A DNA stretch of 64,000 nt from Clostridium sp. 26_22 (GCA_001916005.1 MNRP01000037.1:1631-65630), one strand, 5' to 3'; numbered from the stretch's first letter, positions 19,839 to 28,201 are shown. The notes: generated from the letters alone by a model not told the origin. Translations and numbers: made by a program.

Positions 19839-20606
19839 ATGGCAAAACATTTTAAACAAACAGCAAGAAAAACAAGAAGATTAATATATATAGTATTAAT
19901 TGCATTAATTATTATTGCTACAATATATATTATATTTGAGCTTAAAAGTAAAAATGATACTATACAGGAAAGTTCTGCTTTAAATAATGTTCAAATAGAT
20001 GAAGCAAAAGTGGATGAAGAAACTACAGAAAGAATGTTGCAAGTACAAGAATTACAAAAAGAAAATCCAGATGTAGTAGGGTGGATAGAAATTGAAGGAA
20101 CAAATATTAATTATCCGGTATTACAAGGAGCTGATAATAGCTATTACATGACTCATAATTATAAAAAAGAAGAAGCCAAGGATGGTTCTATATTTTTGGA
20201 TAAGGACTATGATTGGACTATTCCTAGCAGTAACTTATTAATGTATGGGCATAATATGGGAGATGGAGCAATGTTCCAAGATCTATTAAAATATGAGGAA
20301 GAAGACTTCTATAATCAACATCCAATTATTAGGTTTACAACTGCAAATGAAGATGCAGAATATGAGATTATTTCAGCATTTAAATCTAGAGTATATTACA
20401 AGTCAGAGAAAAATGTATTTAGATATTATTATTTTATAAATGCAGATAATGAAGAAGAATATAATGAATTTGTAGATAATGCAAAAGAAGCATCCTTTTA
20501 TGATACAGGTAAGACAGCAGAATATGGGGATCAACTAATGACTTTGTCTACATGTTCTTATTATACAGAAGATGGAAGATTTGCTGTTGTTGCAAGAAAA
20601 AAATAA
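19839..20606 (+). CDS. srtB: class B sortase
   Basis: It has an N-terminal TM anchor, YGHNM (His) and TLSTC (catalytic Cys), with SrtB-like length. Confidence 0.8.
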   Translation: MAKHFKQTARKTRRLIYIVLIALIIIATIYIIFELKSKNDTIQESSALNNVQIDEAKVDEETTERMLQVQELQKENPDVVGWIEIEGTNINYPVLQGADNSYYMTHNYKKEEAKDGSIFLDKDYDWTIPSSNLLMYGHNMGDGAMFQDLLKYEEEDFYNQHPIIRFTTANEDAEYEIISAFKSRVYYKSEKNVFRYYYFINADNEEEYNEFVDNAKEASFYDTGKTAEYGDQLMTLSTCSYYTEDGRFAVVARKK

Positions 20607-20691
20607 AGTAGATTATTTTTGTATAAAATAAATAAAAAATACTTGACAAAGAAAGTTTTAATATGCTATTATAAGTAATGTTAAAGCTTAT

Positions 20692-20775
20692 GCGGGCGTG
20701 GCGGAATTGGCAGACGCGCTGGTCTTAGGAACCAGTGCCAATGGCGTGGAGGTTCAAGTCCTCTCGCCCGCACCA
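20692..20775 (+). tRNA. tRNA-Leu (anticodon UAG)
   Basis: The acceptor stem is GCGGGCG/CGCCCGC. The anticodon loop is CTTAGGA. It has a long variable arm and an encoded CCA. Confidence 0.9.
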
Positions 20776-20795
20776 CTAATTGTTTAGTAAAAAAG

Positions 20796-20830
20796 AACTC
20801 AATTCCTATTAAGAAATTGAGTTTTTTTTT
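20796..20830 (+). terminator. rho-independent terminator after tRNA-Leu
   Basis: AACTCAATT / AATTGAGTT stem followed by a T9 run. Confidence 0.65.
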
Positions 20831-20984
20831 ATATAGGAAAATCGTTAGATTCTACGTATATAACAAGTTTAGGATACTTATGTATGCTAGAGAAAAGCTA
20901 GTGGTATGTATTTCGTGATGACTTCAAAGAGAAACACTTGGAGAAATGCCTTTCTTATATTATAATTTTAATGGAAGTGAGAAA

Positions 20985-21470
20985 ATGAAATTTTGGTTAT
21001 TAAATCATGAAGCGACAATAGAAGATTTAAATAAATTTAAATTTTCTAATAAAAAAATAGGAGTAATTGCACATATAGAAAATAATAATGGAGAAATATT
21101 GTTACAACAAAGAGGTATTAAATCTAGAGATGAAAATGGACTTTATGAATATATAGGAGGAAAAGTTGACCCAGAAGATTCTAGTTTTAAAGATGCAATT
21201 ATTCGAGAAATAAAGGAAGAGGCTGGAAGTGATTTAAAACTTGAAGTTAGTGATTCTAAAGGAATTTATCATTGCTGCAAAAATAATGTTAATTGGATAT
21301 TTGTAATCTATATTGTAAAATATATTGAGGGCGAAATAAAAATAATGGAACCAGATAAATGTCAAGGTTATAAGTTTTGCAAAATAGATGATGCTTTAAA
21401 TTCTGAATTGGTAACTGAAAGTTGTAAATTTTTAATAGAAAGTATTAGGGATAATATTTTATGTATGTAG
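20985..21470 (+). CDS. Nudix hydrolase
   Basis: It has the Nudix-box core GGKVDPED...REIKEEAG. The ATG at 20985 is preceded by GGAAGTGAG. Confidence 0.7.
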   Translation: MKFWLLNHEATIEDLNKFKFSNKKIGVIAHIENNNGEILLQQRGIKSRDENGLYEYIGGKVDPEDSSFKDAIIREIKEEAGSDLKLEVSDSKGIYHCCKNNVNWIFVIYIVKYIEGEIKIMEPDKCQGYKFCKIDDALNSELVTESCKFLIESIRDNILCM

Positions 21471-21637
21471 ATTTTTTGTAAAAGTTATATTATAATCTTA
21501 TAAACTGAGCTAGTAAGAATATCTTTATAGCAAAGTATTATAATTTCTTCTAATACCGAAATGTAATTAGAAAATTCATCTTATAATTTAGTGAATTGGA
21601 TTAGTTAATTAAGGTAGAAGCAAATATAGGAGGATTT

Positions 21638-21883
21638 ATGGATACAAGAGTAGCAATAATAGGAATTATATTAGAAAAAAAAGATGAAGTGGAAAAATTA
21701 AATTCCATTTTACATGAATATTCTAATAGAATAATAGGAAGAATGGGGATGCCATATAGTAAAAAGTCAATCAACATTATCACTATTGTTATTGATGCTC
21801 CACAGGATGAAATAAATACTTTATCTGGAAAAATTGGAAAGCTTTCTGGAATAACAAGTAAAGTTATTTATTCTAATAAGTAA
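21638..21883 (+). CDS. TM1266-family putative iron-only hydrogenase system regulator (ACT-like)
   Basis: An 81-aa protein collinear with my recollection of Thermotoga TM1266 (...IIGIILE...V..LN.ILH.YS..I.GRMG.P......I.IV.D...D.I..LSGK.G.LSG...K). Confidence 0.7.
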   Translation: MDTRVAIIGIILEKKDEVEKLNSILHEYSNRIIGRMGMPYSKKSINIITIVIDAPQDEINTLSGKIGKLSGITSKVIYSNK

Positions 21884-21929
21884 AGATATATTTTAAAGCT
21901 CTGTCTAATAAAGAAAGAGAGGGTTTAAA

Positions 21930-22526
21930 ATGGAGAATGAAGGAATAATTAACAAAAGGGTAAAGGATTTTTCTAAAGGTATTGATATTATGCAAACGAT
22001 ATTAATATTTTTAATTGCTTTACTAGTACCAACTTTTTTGGGTGGAATTTTAAGTAAAATTTTTGGTAGCACAAGTGTTATTTCTACTAATTCACAATTG
22101 ATAGTAGGAACTATTGTAAATGCAGCATTAGTGGTATCAGCGATAAATTTAAAAGGTTGGGCGAAAATATTAGGAGTAGTTACAATGCCAAGTATATCTA
22201 CAATACTAAGTGGATATGTTTTTGGAACAGCTTCTGTATATATGGTATATATGATACCTGCGATATGGATAGGAAATTTTGCATTGATTTATTCATATAA
22301 ATTTTTGATGTTAGGAAAAAACAAACATTATTTTCTTGCTGGAATTGTGGGAATAATAGTAAAAGTAGCTATAATATTTGCTTTATTTAATTTGATTAAT
22401 TTATTTGGAGTATTTCCTGAAAAATTAGTTGAAAATTTAAGAAATGCAATGGGAATGACACAACTTATAACAGCAACATTAGGAATAATTGTGGCTTTTG
22501 TGATATATAAATTAGAGAAGAAATAA
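21930..22526 (+). CDS. polytopic membrane protein of unknown function
   Basis: It has 5-6 hydrophobic helices and a GAGAGGG RBS. Confidence 0.5.
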   Translation: MENEGIINKRVKDFSKGIDIMQTILIFLIALLVPTFLGGILSKIFGSTSVISTNSQLIVGTIVNAALVVSAINLKGWAKILGVVTMPSISTILSGYVFGTASVYMVYMIPAIWIGNFALIYSYKFLMLGKNKHYFLAGIVGIIVKVAIIFALFNLINLFGVFPEKLVENLRNAMGMTQLITATLGIIVAFVIYKLEKK

Positions 22527-22567
22527 ATCATTTATTTTGTTTTAAATAAGTATTAAAAAGAAAAAGT

Positions 22568-22611
22568 GCAGTGGAGCAGATGATGTTTAGCACATACATC
22601 TGCTCCACTGC
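22568..22611 (-). terminator. G+C-rich hairpin terminator between convergent genes
   Basis: GCAGTGGAGCAGATG / CATCTGCTCCACTGC form a 15-bp stem. A T run follows on the minus strand. Confidence 0.65.
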
Positions 22612-22619
22612 TTAGTGCA

Positions 22620-23069
22620 TTAATAATACAATTCGTTCCATTCAATGGAGGTGTCTGCCTCATCAAATGGTGTAATTGCCGGTTCGCCTTCAGGATAGGC
22701 TTCCTCACCTTCGGCTGTAGTGATGACAAATTTTCCTTTATCATTTTCGATTACAACCGCTGAAAGATCATCTGCCAGTGCTACCGGAGTTCCTGTGATT
22801 TCCTCTGTGTGGACATTGGCATATGTTTCGTAGTTAGCCCAGTCTGAGTCACCAATCAAGAGCAGAGTCTTGTTAGGCCTCATTGAGTATACGCATAGAT
22901 CAGGGTTGTCTTCGACAAGATACATTTCGTATTCGTCTACTGATGTGCCGGATGCTGAAGTGGCTGAAACATTTTCAGAGGATCCAGAACCAGCTCCAGC
23001 TGCAACGACAACGCCTCCAGCAACAGTTAATGTCAATACCATAGCAATTACAAAGATTTTTTTCCGCAT
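22620..23069 (-). CDS. secreted/anchored protein of unknown function in a G+C-richer islet
   Basis: AAAGGAG RBS, then ATG 23069 (MRKKIFVIAMVLTLTVAGG...), giving a signal-peptide-like N-terminus. The composition is clearly richer in G+C than the neighbouring genes. Confidence 0.55.
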   Translation of the reverse strand: MRKKIFVIAMVLTLTVAGGVVVAAGAGSGSSENVSATSASGTSVDEYEMYLVEDNPDLCVYSMRPNKTLLLIGDSDWANYETYANVHTEEITGTPVALADDLSAVVIENDKGKFVITTAEGEEAYPEGEPAITPFDEADTSIEWNELYY

Positions 23070-23234
23070 AATAATGCTCCTTTCTAGATTTGAAAAATTT
23101 TTATACTGCATATTTGTATTATAACATAGATTACATAAAAAAGAAAATTATGTAAAATGATTTTTTGAAAAATCATTTATAAATCAATATTTTTCGTGGA
23201 AAATAAAAAATATTCTAAAAAATTAATAAAATGG

Positions 23235-23264
23235 TTGACAAAAGGATATAAAATAGTTTAAAAT
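23235..23264 (+). promoter_or_regulatory. sigma-A-type promoter for tRNA-His/tRNA-Gln
   Basis: TTGACA, an 18-nt spacer, then TAAAAT, about 20 nt upstream of tRNA-His. Confidence 0.45.
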
Positions 23265-23284
23265 AATAAATGTCCGCAAGAGAT

Positions 23285-23362
23285 GGTGAGTATAGCGTAG
23301 TTGGTTAACGCGCCAGTTTGTGGCACTGGAGACCCTGGGTTCGAATCCCAGTACTCACCCCA
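23285..23362 (+). tRNA. tRNA-His (anticodon GUG) with encoded G-1
   Basis: G-1 pairs with C73. The acceptor stem is GTGAGTA/TACTCAC and the anticodon loop is TTGTGGC. CCA is encoded. Confidence 0.9.
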
Positions 23363-23422
23363 GATTTTATATTGGGGTAATACTGAGAAAATCACCTAAC
23401 AAAATGGACAAGTAAATTATAT

Positions 23423-23497
23423 TGGGCTGTAGCCAAGCGGTAAGGCACCAGACTTTGACTCTGGCATGCGCAAGTTCGAATCTTGCCAGCCCAGCCA
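23423..23497 (+). tRNA. tRNA-Gln (anticodon UUG); integration target of the tandem elements
   Basis: The acceptor stem is TGGGCTG/CAGCCCA and the anticodon loop is CTTTGAC. CCA is encoded. The 3' end overlaps the 13-bp att core. Confidence 0.9.
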
Positions 23498-23499
23498 AC
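23487..23499 (+). repeat. att core copy 1 (attL of IME-1)
   Basis: CAGCCCAGCCAAC, identical to the copies at 33447-33459 and 42225-42237. Confidence 0.85.
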
Positions 23500-23513
23500 A
23501 AAATAATCGATGT

Positions 23514-23545
23514 AAATAGCTTGTATCAACAGATACAGGCTATTT
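23514..23545 (+). terminator. element-borne hairpin immediately after att core (substitute tRNA terminator)
   Basis: AAATAGCTTGTATC / GATACAGGCTATTT form a 14-bp stem (one GU). An identical structure is at 33474-33505. Confidence 0.55.
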
Positions 23546-23821
23546 ACTTATTTAAAACTAATTATAATTTTAAAAAATTTACAATATTTAATTTTCACTA
23601 GAGTTACATAGCTTTTCACGATTTTTAATTTATTTTAATTTTTAGTATTTCAAACAGATAACTCAACAATTTTAATTTTCAATACTCAACAATTTAATAT
23701 TGTTGAGTTAATATTAGCAATATAAAAGTAAAACATAAATTAGTAAAACGATATAATCAGTTTGTATCAATCATTATAAAAGAAAAATTTGTTGTGTTAT
23801 AAAACATACGTTTATATAAAT

Positions 23822-25027
23822 TTATCTTTCAAACTCTTCGATATTATTAACGTCATATAAAAGATTATTTCCTATTAAATTTTCATTAAGATAATACTGA
23901 TTGACCTTATCAAATTCTCTTTCTTTAAATTGTTCTAAAACAGAAGTATAAGTATTTAGAGTAACTGTAATATTTTTATGCCCCATTAATCTTTGAACTA
24001 CAACAGGAGCCATACCACTTTCAATGCAACGTGTTCCGAAAGTATGTCTTAAAGAGTGGCTAGAAATATCAGTAGTATTAAATTCTTGTTTGAATATTCG
24101 CTTTAGCTCATTATTTATTGTAGAACGTCTACAATATTTACTATTATTAGGCTTAAAAAGTAATTTTTCATCATTATTAATTTGCTTATTTGCTATTTTT
24201 ATTTGTTCTTTAATATAAGGATAAAGAAAGTAGGGGATAGGGATAGTTCTTTTGCCACTATATGTTTTTGTTTTATTACCCATAATAATATTTCCTTTTT
24301 CATCAGTTGTTAATGTACGAGATATATTTAATCTTTTATTTTTTAAGTCTATATCGTGTGTTGTAAGAGCTAAAGCTTCTCCGACTCTTAAGCCTGTATA
24401 CATTTGTAACAAATATACATTTCTATATTTAAATTCATCTATAGGCTTATCAACAAGCCAATTAGTAAAAGCTTCTTGTTCTTCAACCGTTAATGCACGT
24501 ACAACTTTATTTTCCCTATTGCTTTTTGGTCTAATAACATCAATCATTGGATTTTGAAGTATATATCCTTTATTCATAGCAATAGTAAAAGCTTGATTTA
24601 ATTGTTGATGAGCTTTTTCTATCATTGAATTACTTAAATTTTTTAGAGAATTTAAATAAGCTTGTAATTCATCTGTTTTTATTGTATCAATTTTTTTATT
24701 AGCAATAGGGTATTTTTCTAATCGTTTTATTGAATTTAATAATCTACCATATTGTGCAGGTCCAATTTTATTAGTACTATATTTAAGCTCCAAATTAGCT
24801 TTTAATATTTCAATTAAAGGTATTCCATTATGCTCAATATATATAGGATTTTCTTTTTGATACATAATGGTATTTAAAAAATTTTGTGCTTCTTGCTCTG
24901 TTTTAAAAGATTTTGTTTTTCTTAATCGTTTATTTTTTAATGCATCATATTCATAATATTGGGCTAGCCAATTTTTTCTTTGTTTATTGTAGTATATGGA
25001 ACCTTCACCTTTTTCTCTTGTTGCCAT
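23822..25027 (-). CDS. int: tyrosine recombinase/integrase of IME-1
   Basis: It has GLRVGEALAL (Arg), HSLRHTFGTRC (H-x-x-R) and LMGHKNITVTLNTYTSV (His...Tyr). Confidence 0.9.
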   Translation of the reverse strand: MATREKGEGSIYYNKQRKNWLAQYYEYDALKNKRLRKTKSFKTEQEAQNFLNTIMYQKENPIYIEHNGIPLIEILKANLELKYSTNKIGPAQYGRLLNSIKRLEKYPIANKKIDTIKTDELQAYLNSLKNLSNSMIEKAHQQLNQAFTIAMNKGYILQNPMIDVIRPKSNRENKVVRALTVEEQEAFTNWLVDKPIDEFKYRNVYLLQMYTGLRVGEALALTTHDIDLKNKRLNISRTLTTDEKGNIIMGNKTKTYSGKRTIPIPYFLYPYIKEQIKIANKQINNDEKLLFKPNNSKYCRRSTINNELKRIFKQEFNTTDISSHSLRHTFGTRCIESGMAPVVVQRLMGHKNITVTLNTYTSVLEQFKEREFDKVNQYYLNENLIGNNLLYDVNNIEEFER

Positions 25028-25030
25028 AAA

Positions 25031-25288
25031 TTACACCTCGCTTTCTTTTTTATGCATTTTCCATAATAAGTATGAAGCTAAAGTAACAGTTTTCCTTTTA
25101 CCAATCTGAAGAGAAGGGAAGTCTTTTTGTTTAAATAATTCATATGCTTGATTTATACCAATGCTTAAATCTTTTGAAACATCTGATACTGAAAGTGTAA
25201 TAAAGGGGTTCTTAATTTTGCTTAAATAATTTATTACTATTTGTTCTTTAGTATTATTTGTGCTAATATTTTCTTCATTAATATTCAG
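25031..25288 (-). CDS. xis: excisionase-like HTH protein of IME-1 lacking a canonical start codon
   Basis: An 85-codon frame homologous to 34980-35240 (...SVSDVSKDLSIGINQAYELFKQKDFPSLQIGKRKTVT...). At the position of the IME-2 ATG it has CTG, 9 nt after GGAGG. There is no in-frame ATG/GTG/TTG near the N-terminus. Confidence 0.5.
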   Translation of the reverse strand: MNINEENISTNNTKEQIVINYLSKIKNPFITLSVSDVSKDLSIGINQAYELFKQKDFPSLQIGKRKTVTLASYLLWKMHKKESEV

Positions 25289-25306
25289 TTTTTATACACC
25301 TCCATT

Positions 25307-25576
25307 TTATCTTTCATATTCATCATTATTAAATTTTGTATTTTTTCCTAGACATAGTCCATCTAAAAATATGCCTGCTTCATTCCATGTTTTAAAGCAA
25401 TTTTTTGAGTCTATAGAATACCAGTTTTTATCCTTTATATCTTTATCAATTAAAGCTATGGCTTTGTTATATGTATAAACATTAGAAATATTTAGTAATA
25501 TTAATTGTTTGTCAGTATCAGAAAGCATATATTTATTAAGTCCCTGTATTCTTTTTTGTAGTTCCTTTTTTGTCAT
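25307..25576 (-). CDS. hypothetical protein (IME core, homolog of 35255-35524)
   Basis: MTKKELQKRIQGLNKYMLSDTDK... The start was chosen by alignment with the IME-2 copy and the GGAG RBS. Confidence 0.6.
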   Translation of the reverse strand: MTKKELQKRIQGLNKYMLSDTDKQLILLNISNVYTYNKAIALIDKDIKDKNWYSIDSKNCFKTWNEAGIFLDGLCLGKNTKFNNDEYER

Positions 25577-26114
25577 TATTATCATCTCCATTATTTTTTA
25601 AAACTGTTGCTAAAGCTAATTGGATATTAATTAGCATGTTCATTAGTAATTTATCAAAAGGAGGGGAGTCACTATATTTGTTATTTCCGACACCTCTTTC
25701 ATATATAAATGGAAAATTTGATTTTCTTTGTTGAGGAGTTATTTTTACACTTTTAGCTGATTTACTAGTTAAATCTTTTGAAAACCATATAATATCTTCT
25801 TGTGAAATACTTTGAAATTCACGAGATTTTTTATCAATGTTAACTACGACTAAATCTCCTATAATTCGACGAAGGGGAAGAAATATATTAGGTCGCATAG
25901 GAGCTTTAGACTTATTATTATGACAAATAATAAATAGTTTCTCATATGGAACAATATCAAGATTTTTTTGTATAATTGCTTTTTTTAATTTATAGATGTT
26001 TTTAATAATTTTGACTTCTGGAGTTTGTCCAACTTTTTTGTATAAAACTCTGAGTGAATTTGTATTTTTAGTTTCTGGAATAATGTTCTTCTTTTTCAAA
26101 ATTAAACACCTCAT
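25536..26114 (-). CDS. hypothetical protein, DUF3846-like (IME core, homolog of 35521-36075)
   Basis: The pattern RVLYKKVGQ.PEVKII......LK.AI...LDI.PY...FIICH...K......N is reminiscent of DUF3846 proteins of conjugative elements. Confidence 0.5.
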   Translation of the reverse strand: MRCLILKKKNIIPETKNTNSLRVLYKKVGQTPEVKIIKNIYKLKKAIIQKNLDIVPYEKLFIICHNNKSKAPMRPNIFLPLRRIIGDLVVVNIDKKSREFQSISQEDIIWFSKDLTSKSAKSVKITPQQRKSNFPFIYERGVGNNKYSDSPPFDKLLMNMLINIQLALATVLKNNGDDNNDKKGTTKKNTGT

Positions 26115-26437
26115 TATCTTTCTTCATCGTCAATATGATTTTTTCCCTTATTTGATAGGGAACGTTTATAATCTTCTTTAGTATATTCTAAGCCGAATGC
26201 ATCATAATAAGCTCTAATAATTTCGTATGAAAGCCCATGTCTTTTGTTATTTTTTCTAGGATATACCTTCGGCCTAGCAGCATTATATCTCATACAATCT
26301 AACATATCTTTTAAATCCTCTAATAATTTAGCCTCACAGTAATATTTGGTTGTTACTTTATAAAACAAATCATAGATATGGCCAACTGTTTTTTTTGATA
26401 CTTCATTAGAAACAGAAAAATCAATTTCTTTGTCCAT
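26114..26437 (-). CDS. hypothetical protein (IME-1 only)
   Basis: It is tightly packed in the leftward operon and has no counterpart in IME-2. Confidence 0.5.
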   Translation of the reverse strand: MDKEIDFSVSNEVSKKTVGHIYDLFYKVTTKYYCEAKLLEDLKDMLDCMRYNAARPKVYPRKNNKRHGLSYEIIRAYYDAFGLEYTKEDYKRSLSNKGKNHIDDEER

Positions 26438-26454
26438 AATTTTAGCTCCTTTCT

Positions 26455-26811
26455 TTATTTTTTTAAGTTATTAGCTTTGTACAACGTCTGTAAGTTATAT
26501 TTAAAATGTCTTATTCCTTTTTCTCTTAAAGAGATAACTTTTTTCTTTTGTATTTTTAATCTTCTACAAATATCAATTAATTTACAATTTTCGACATATG
26601 TGAGATATAATACCTTTCGTTCCAGCAAAGGTACAATTTTCATTGCTAGATAATATAATTCGTTAGAAAATATATTTTCTAAATGATTTATATTAACATC
26701 TGAATTATCTATATCTTGAATTGATTTTTTATAATAGTTTTCTGAAATTATCTTTTGAATGTACTCATTAGGGAAGAGTATATATTTATTTGATTTTCTT
26801 TTATCTTTCAT
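26455..26811 (-). CDS. small sigma-70 region-4-like HTH protein
   Basis: LLERKVLYLTYVENCKLIDICRRLKIQKKKVISLREKGIRHFK resembles sigma region 4.2. The homolog is at 36059-36472. Confidence 0.55.
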   Translation of the reverse strand: MKDKRKSNKYILFPNEYIQKIISENYYKKSIQDIDNSDVNINHLENIFSNELYYLAMKIVPLLERKVLYLTYVENCKLIDICRRLKIQKKKVISLREKGIRHFKYNLQTLYKANNLKK

Positions 26812-27040
26812 AGTGAAACTCCTTAAATATATTAGACTTTCGAAAGTCTTTTAGTTCGAACTGAAATAATAATAGACTATAAAATATAACAATTGATATA
26901 AAATCGTGATAAAATCAGGTAAATTGAGATTAATTGATATAAAACGAAATAAACCGTTTTAAAAGATATATCATGATCTTTAAAACGGTTTATTTTTCTA
27001 TGTTTTAAATGCATATTAAAAAAATCTACGATAAATGGTA

Positions 27041-27757
27041 TTAGTATTCAAAATCTTCTTTATTTTCCATTTCAATATACCAAATATTTATATTTTCCAT
27101 CTTGCTAAATTCTTTATCTTGAATTTTTAAATATGCTAGCATTTCATCTGTAAAATCTAAATTATTCTTTGAAACTAAACATTTCCTAGCACTAGTATTA
27201 TATTTTGTATCTGTACAATAAAAAGCGCCTTTCATCAAATTATCAATACCATTAGAAATGTTTAAATTTATTTGAGAACATTCTAAACGCATACTTGTTG
27301 GCTTATAATTGTTAAATCTAAAAAATGCCATGAAATTGTCGGATTGCAAATAACCTTCTAAATAAATTTTTTTTGTTCTGCAATCAGCTAGTTCGATTTT
27401 ACAGTAATCAGATTTTTCTATAAGATTTATTACAAACTTACATTTATCATATTTATTTAATGTAGGGTAATAACCAATATAATAAACATATAAGGTATTA
27501 GTATTAAAAGGATTGATACTTTCTTTTTTACTAACAACTTTATCAAATTTGTTAAATAATTGATATTCTTCAATGTCTAATTCATTACATAGTAAATATA
27601 TTTCTTCTGCATTAGGTAGAAGAGTACCTTTTTCAAATCTACCAATAGTTGTTGCGCTTTTTTTAATAACTCTTCCTAGATTTTCTTGGCTTCTCCCAAT
27701 TTGTTTTCTAAATGCTTGTAATCTTCTGCCAAATTCTTTTCTATCAAACTCCGGCAT
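27041..27757 (-). CDS. XRE-family (Cro/CI-type HTH) regulator with about 170-aa C-terminal domain, first gene of leftward IME operon
   Basis: FGRRLQAFRKQIGRSQENLGRVIKKSATTIGRFEKGTLLPNAEEIYLLCNEL is a classic HTH_XRE. No S24 peptidase motif is present. Confidence 0.8.
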   Translation of the reverse strand: MPEFDRKEFGRRLQAFRKQIGRSQENLGRVIKKSATTIGRFEKGTLLPNAEEIYLLCNELDIEEYQLFNKFDKVVSKKESINPFNTNTLYVYYIGYYPTLNKYDKCKFVINLIEKSDYCKIELADCRTKKIYLEGYLQSDNFMAFFRFNNYKPTSMRLECSQINLNISNGIDNLMKGAFYCTDTKYNTSARKCLVSKNNLDFTDEMLAYLKIQDKEFSKMENINIWYIEMENKEDFEY

Positions 27758-27789
27758 AAAATCACTCCTTAAAAAATATCTACAACATT

Positions 27790-27818
27790 ATTATACCAGT
27801 TTTTTACAATCACATCAA
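27790..27818 (-). promoter_or_regulatory. leftward promoter of IME-1 (XRE operon)
   Basis: On the minus strand: TTGATG, a 17-nt spacer, then the extended -10 TGgTATAAT. Confidence 0.55.
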
Positions 27819-27839
27819 GTTATGTTAACTAAAAAAGAA

Positions 27840-27868
27840 TTGAACTTTACATAAAAGTATGATATAAT
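27840..27868 (+). promoter_or_regulatory. rightward promoter P1 of IME-1
   Basis: TTGAAC, a 17-nt spacer, then the extended -10 TGaTATAAT. It lies back-to-back with the leftward promoter, with 21 bp between the two -35 boxes. Confidence 0.6.
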
Positions 27869-27874
27869 TGTTAC

Positions 27875-28170
27875 AACTTTATAGTAAAAAGAATGGCTTA
27901 AAATCTTAATTAATCCATTCCGCAAGCGTAATGCTTGATGTTTAACTTAAAACATTCAGGCATTGCAGTTGCTTGGATTTTTTATACATACGAGATTTTA
28001 AACATTATGTGTTTTTCCGTTTGTATGAGGTTGAATTTTTACTTGAAGAATTTATTACAAAGGAGAGCACACATATGGAAGAGATGTTTGTAGGCGGACG
28101 GAAGTCCAGGTGGTTAGCCTTTCATAGGATGCCATTCAAAGACAGAGAGGGAGGGAAAATCCCTCCTTTA
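27875..28170 (+). ncRNA. candidate structured RNA-1 of the IME-1 switch region (P1 transcript, 5' domain)
   Basis: There is no ORF conserved with IME-2. The hairpin CAGGC[ATTGCAGTT]GCTTG spans 27957-27975. A loop GGAGAGCACACATA lies at 28062-28075. The GGAGGG/CCCTCC hairpin spans 28147-28169. The conserved 11-mer GGAAGTCCAGG is present. Confidence 0.5.
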
Positions 28171-28172
28171 TA

Positions 28173-28201
28173 TTGTAATTTATAAGTAATTAAGGTATAA
28201 T
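28173..28201 (+). promoter_or_regulatory. internal promoter-like site P2 of IME-1
   Basis: TTGTAA, a 17-nt spacer, then TATAAT. The same boxes and spacing are present in IME-2 although the spacer sequence differs. Confidence 0.5.

Noticed and set aside
28091-28115. GGACGGAAGTCCAGG resembles the GGAAAGUCCGG core of RNase P RNA.
   Set aside because: Only this short stretch is similar. The other universally conserved RNase P regions are not visible. The context is a mobile-element regulatory region present in two diverged copies.
27891-28137. A possible third long-range helix in the IME RNA module. IME-1: GAATGGC 27891 with GCCATTC 28131. IME-2: AGATGG 37596 with CTATCT 37812.
   Set aside because: It is short, and the 5' strand also has a local partner (CCATTC 27915). 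With only one compensatory change plus a GU, this is too weak to claim. It is left as a hypothesis for formal covariation analysis.
27973-28185. 70-aa ORF on the track inside the IME-1 switch region. It includes a 37-codon sub-ORF starting at ATG 28075 behind an SD-like GGAG.
   Set aside because: There is no counterpart ORF in IME-2. The AUG-initiated ORFs (37 versus 24 codons) share no peptide similarity. The conserved nucleotides (GGAAGTCCAGG) fall in different reading frames. Conservation is at the nucleotide and structure level, so this is not called as a protein gene. A short leader peptide cannot be excluded.
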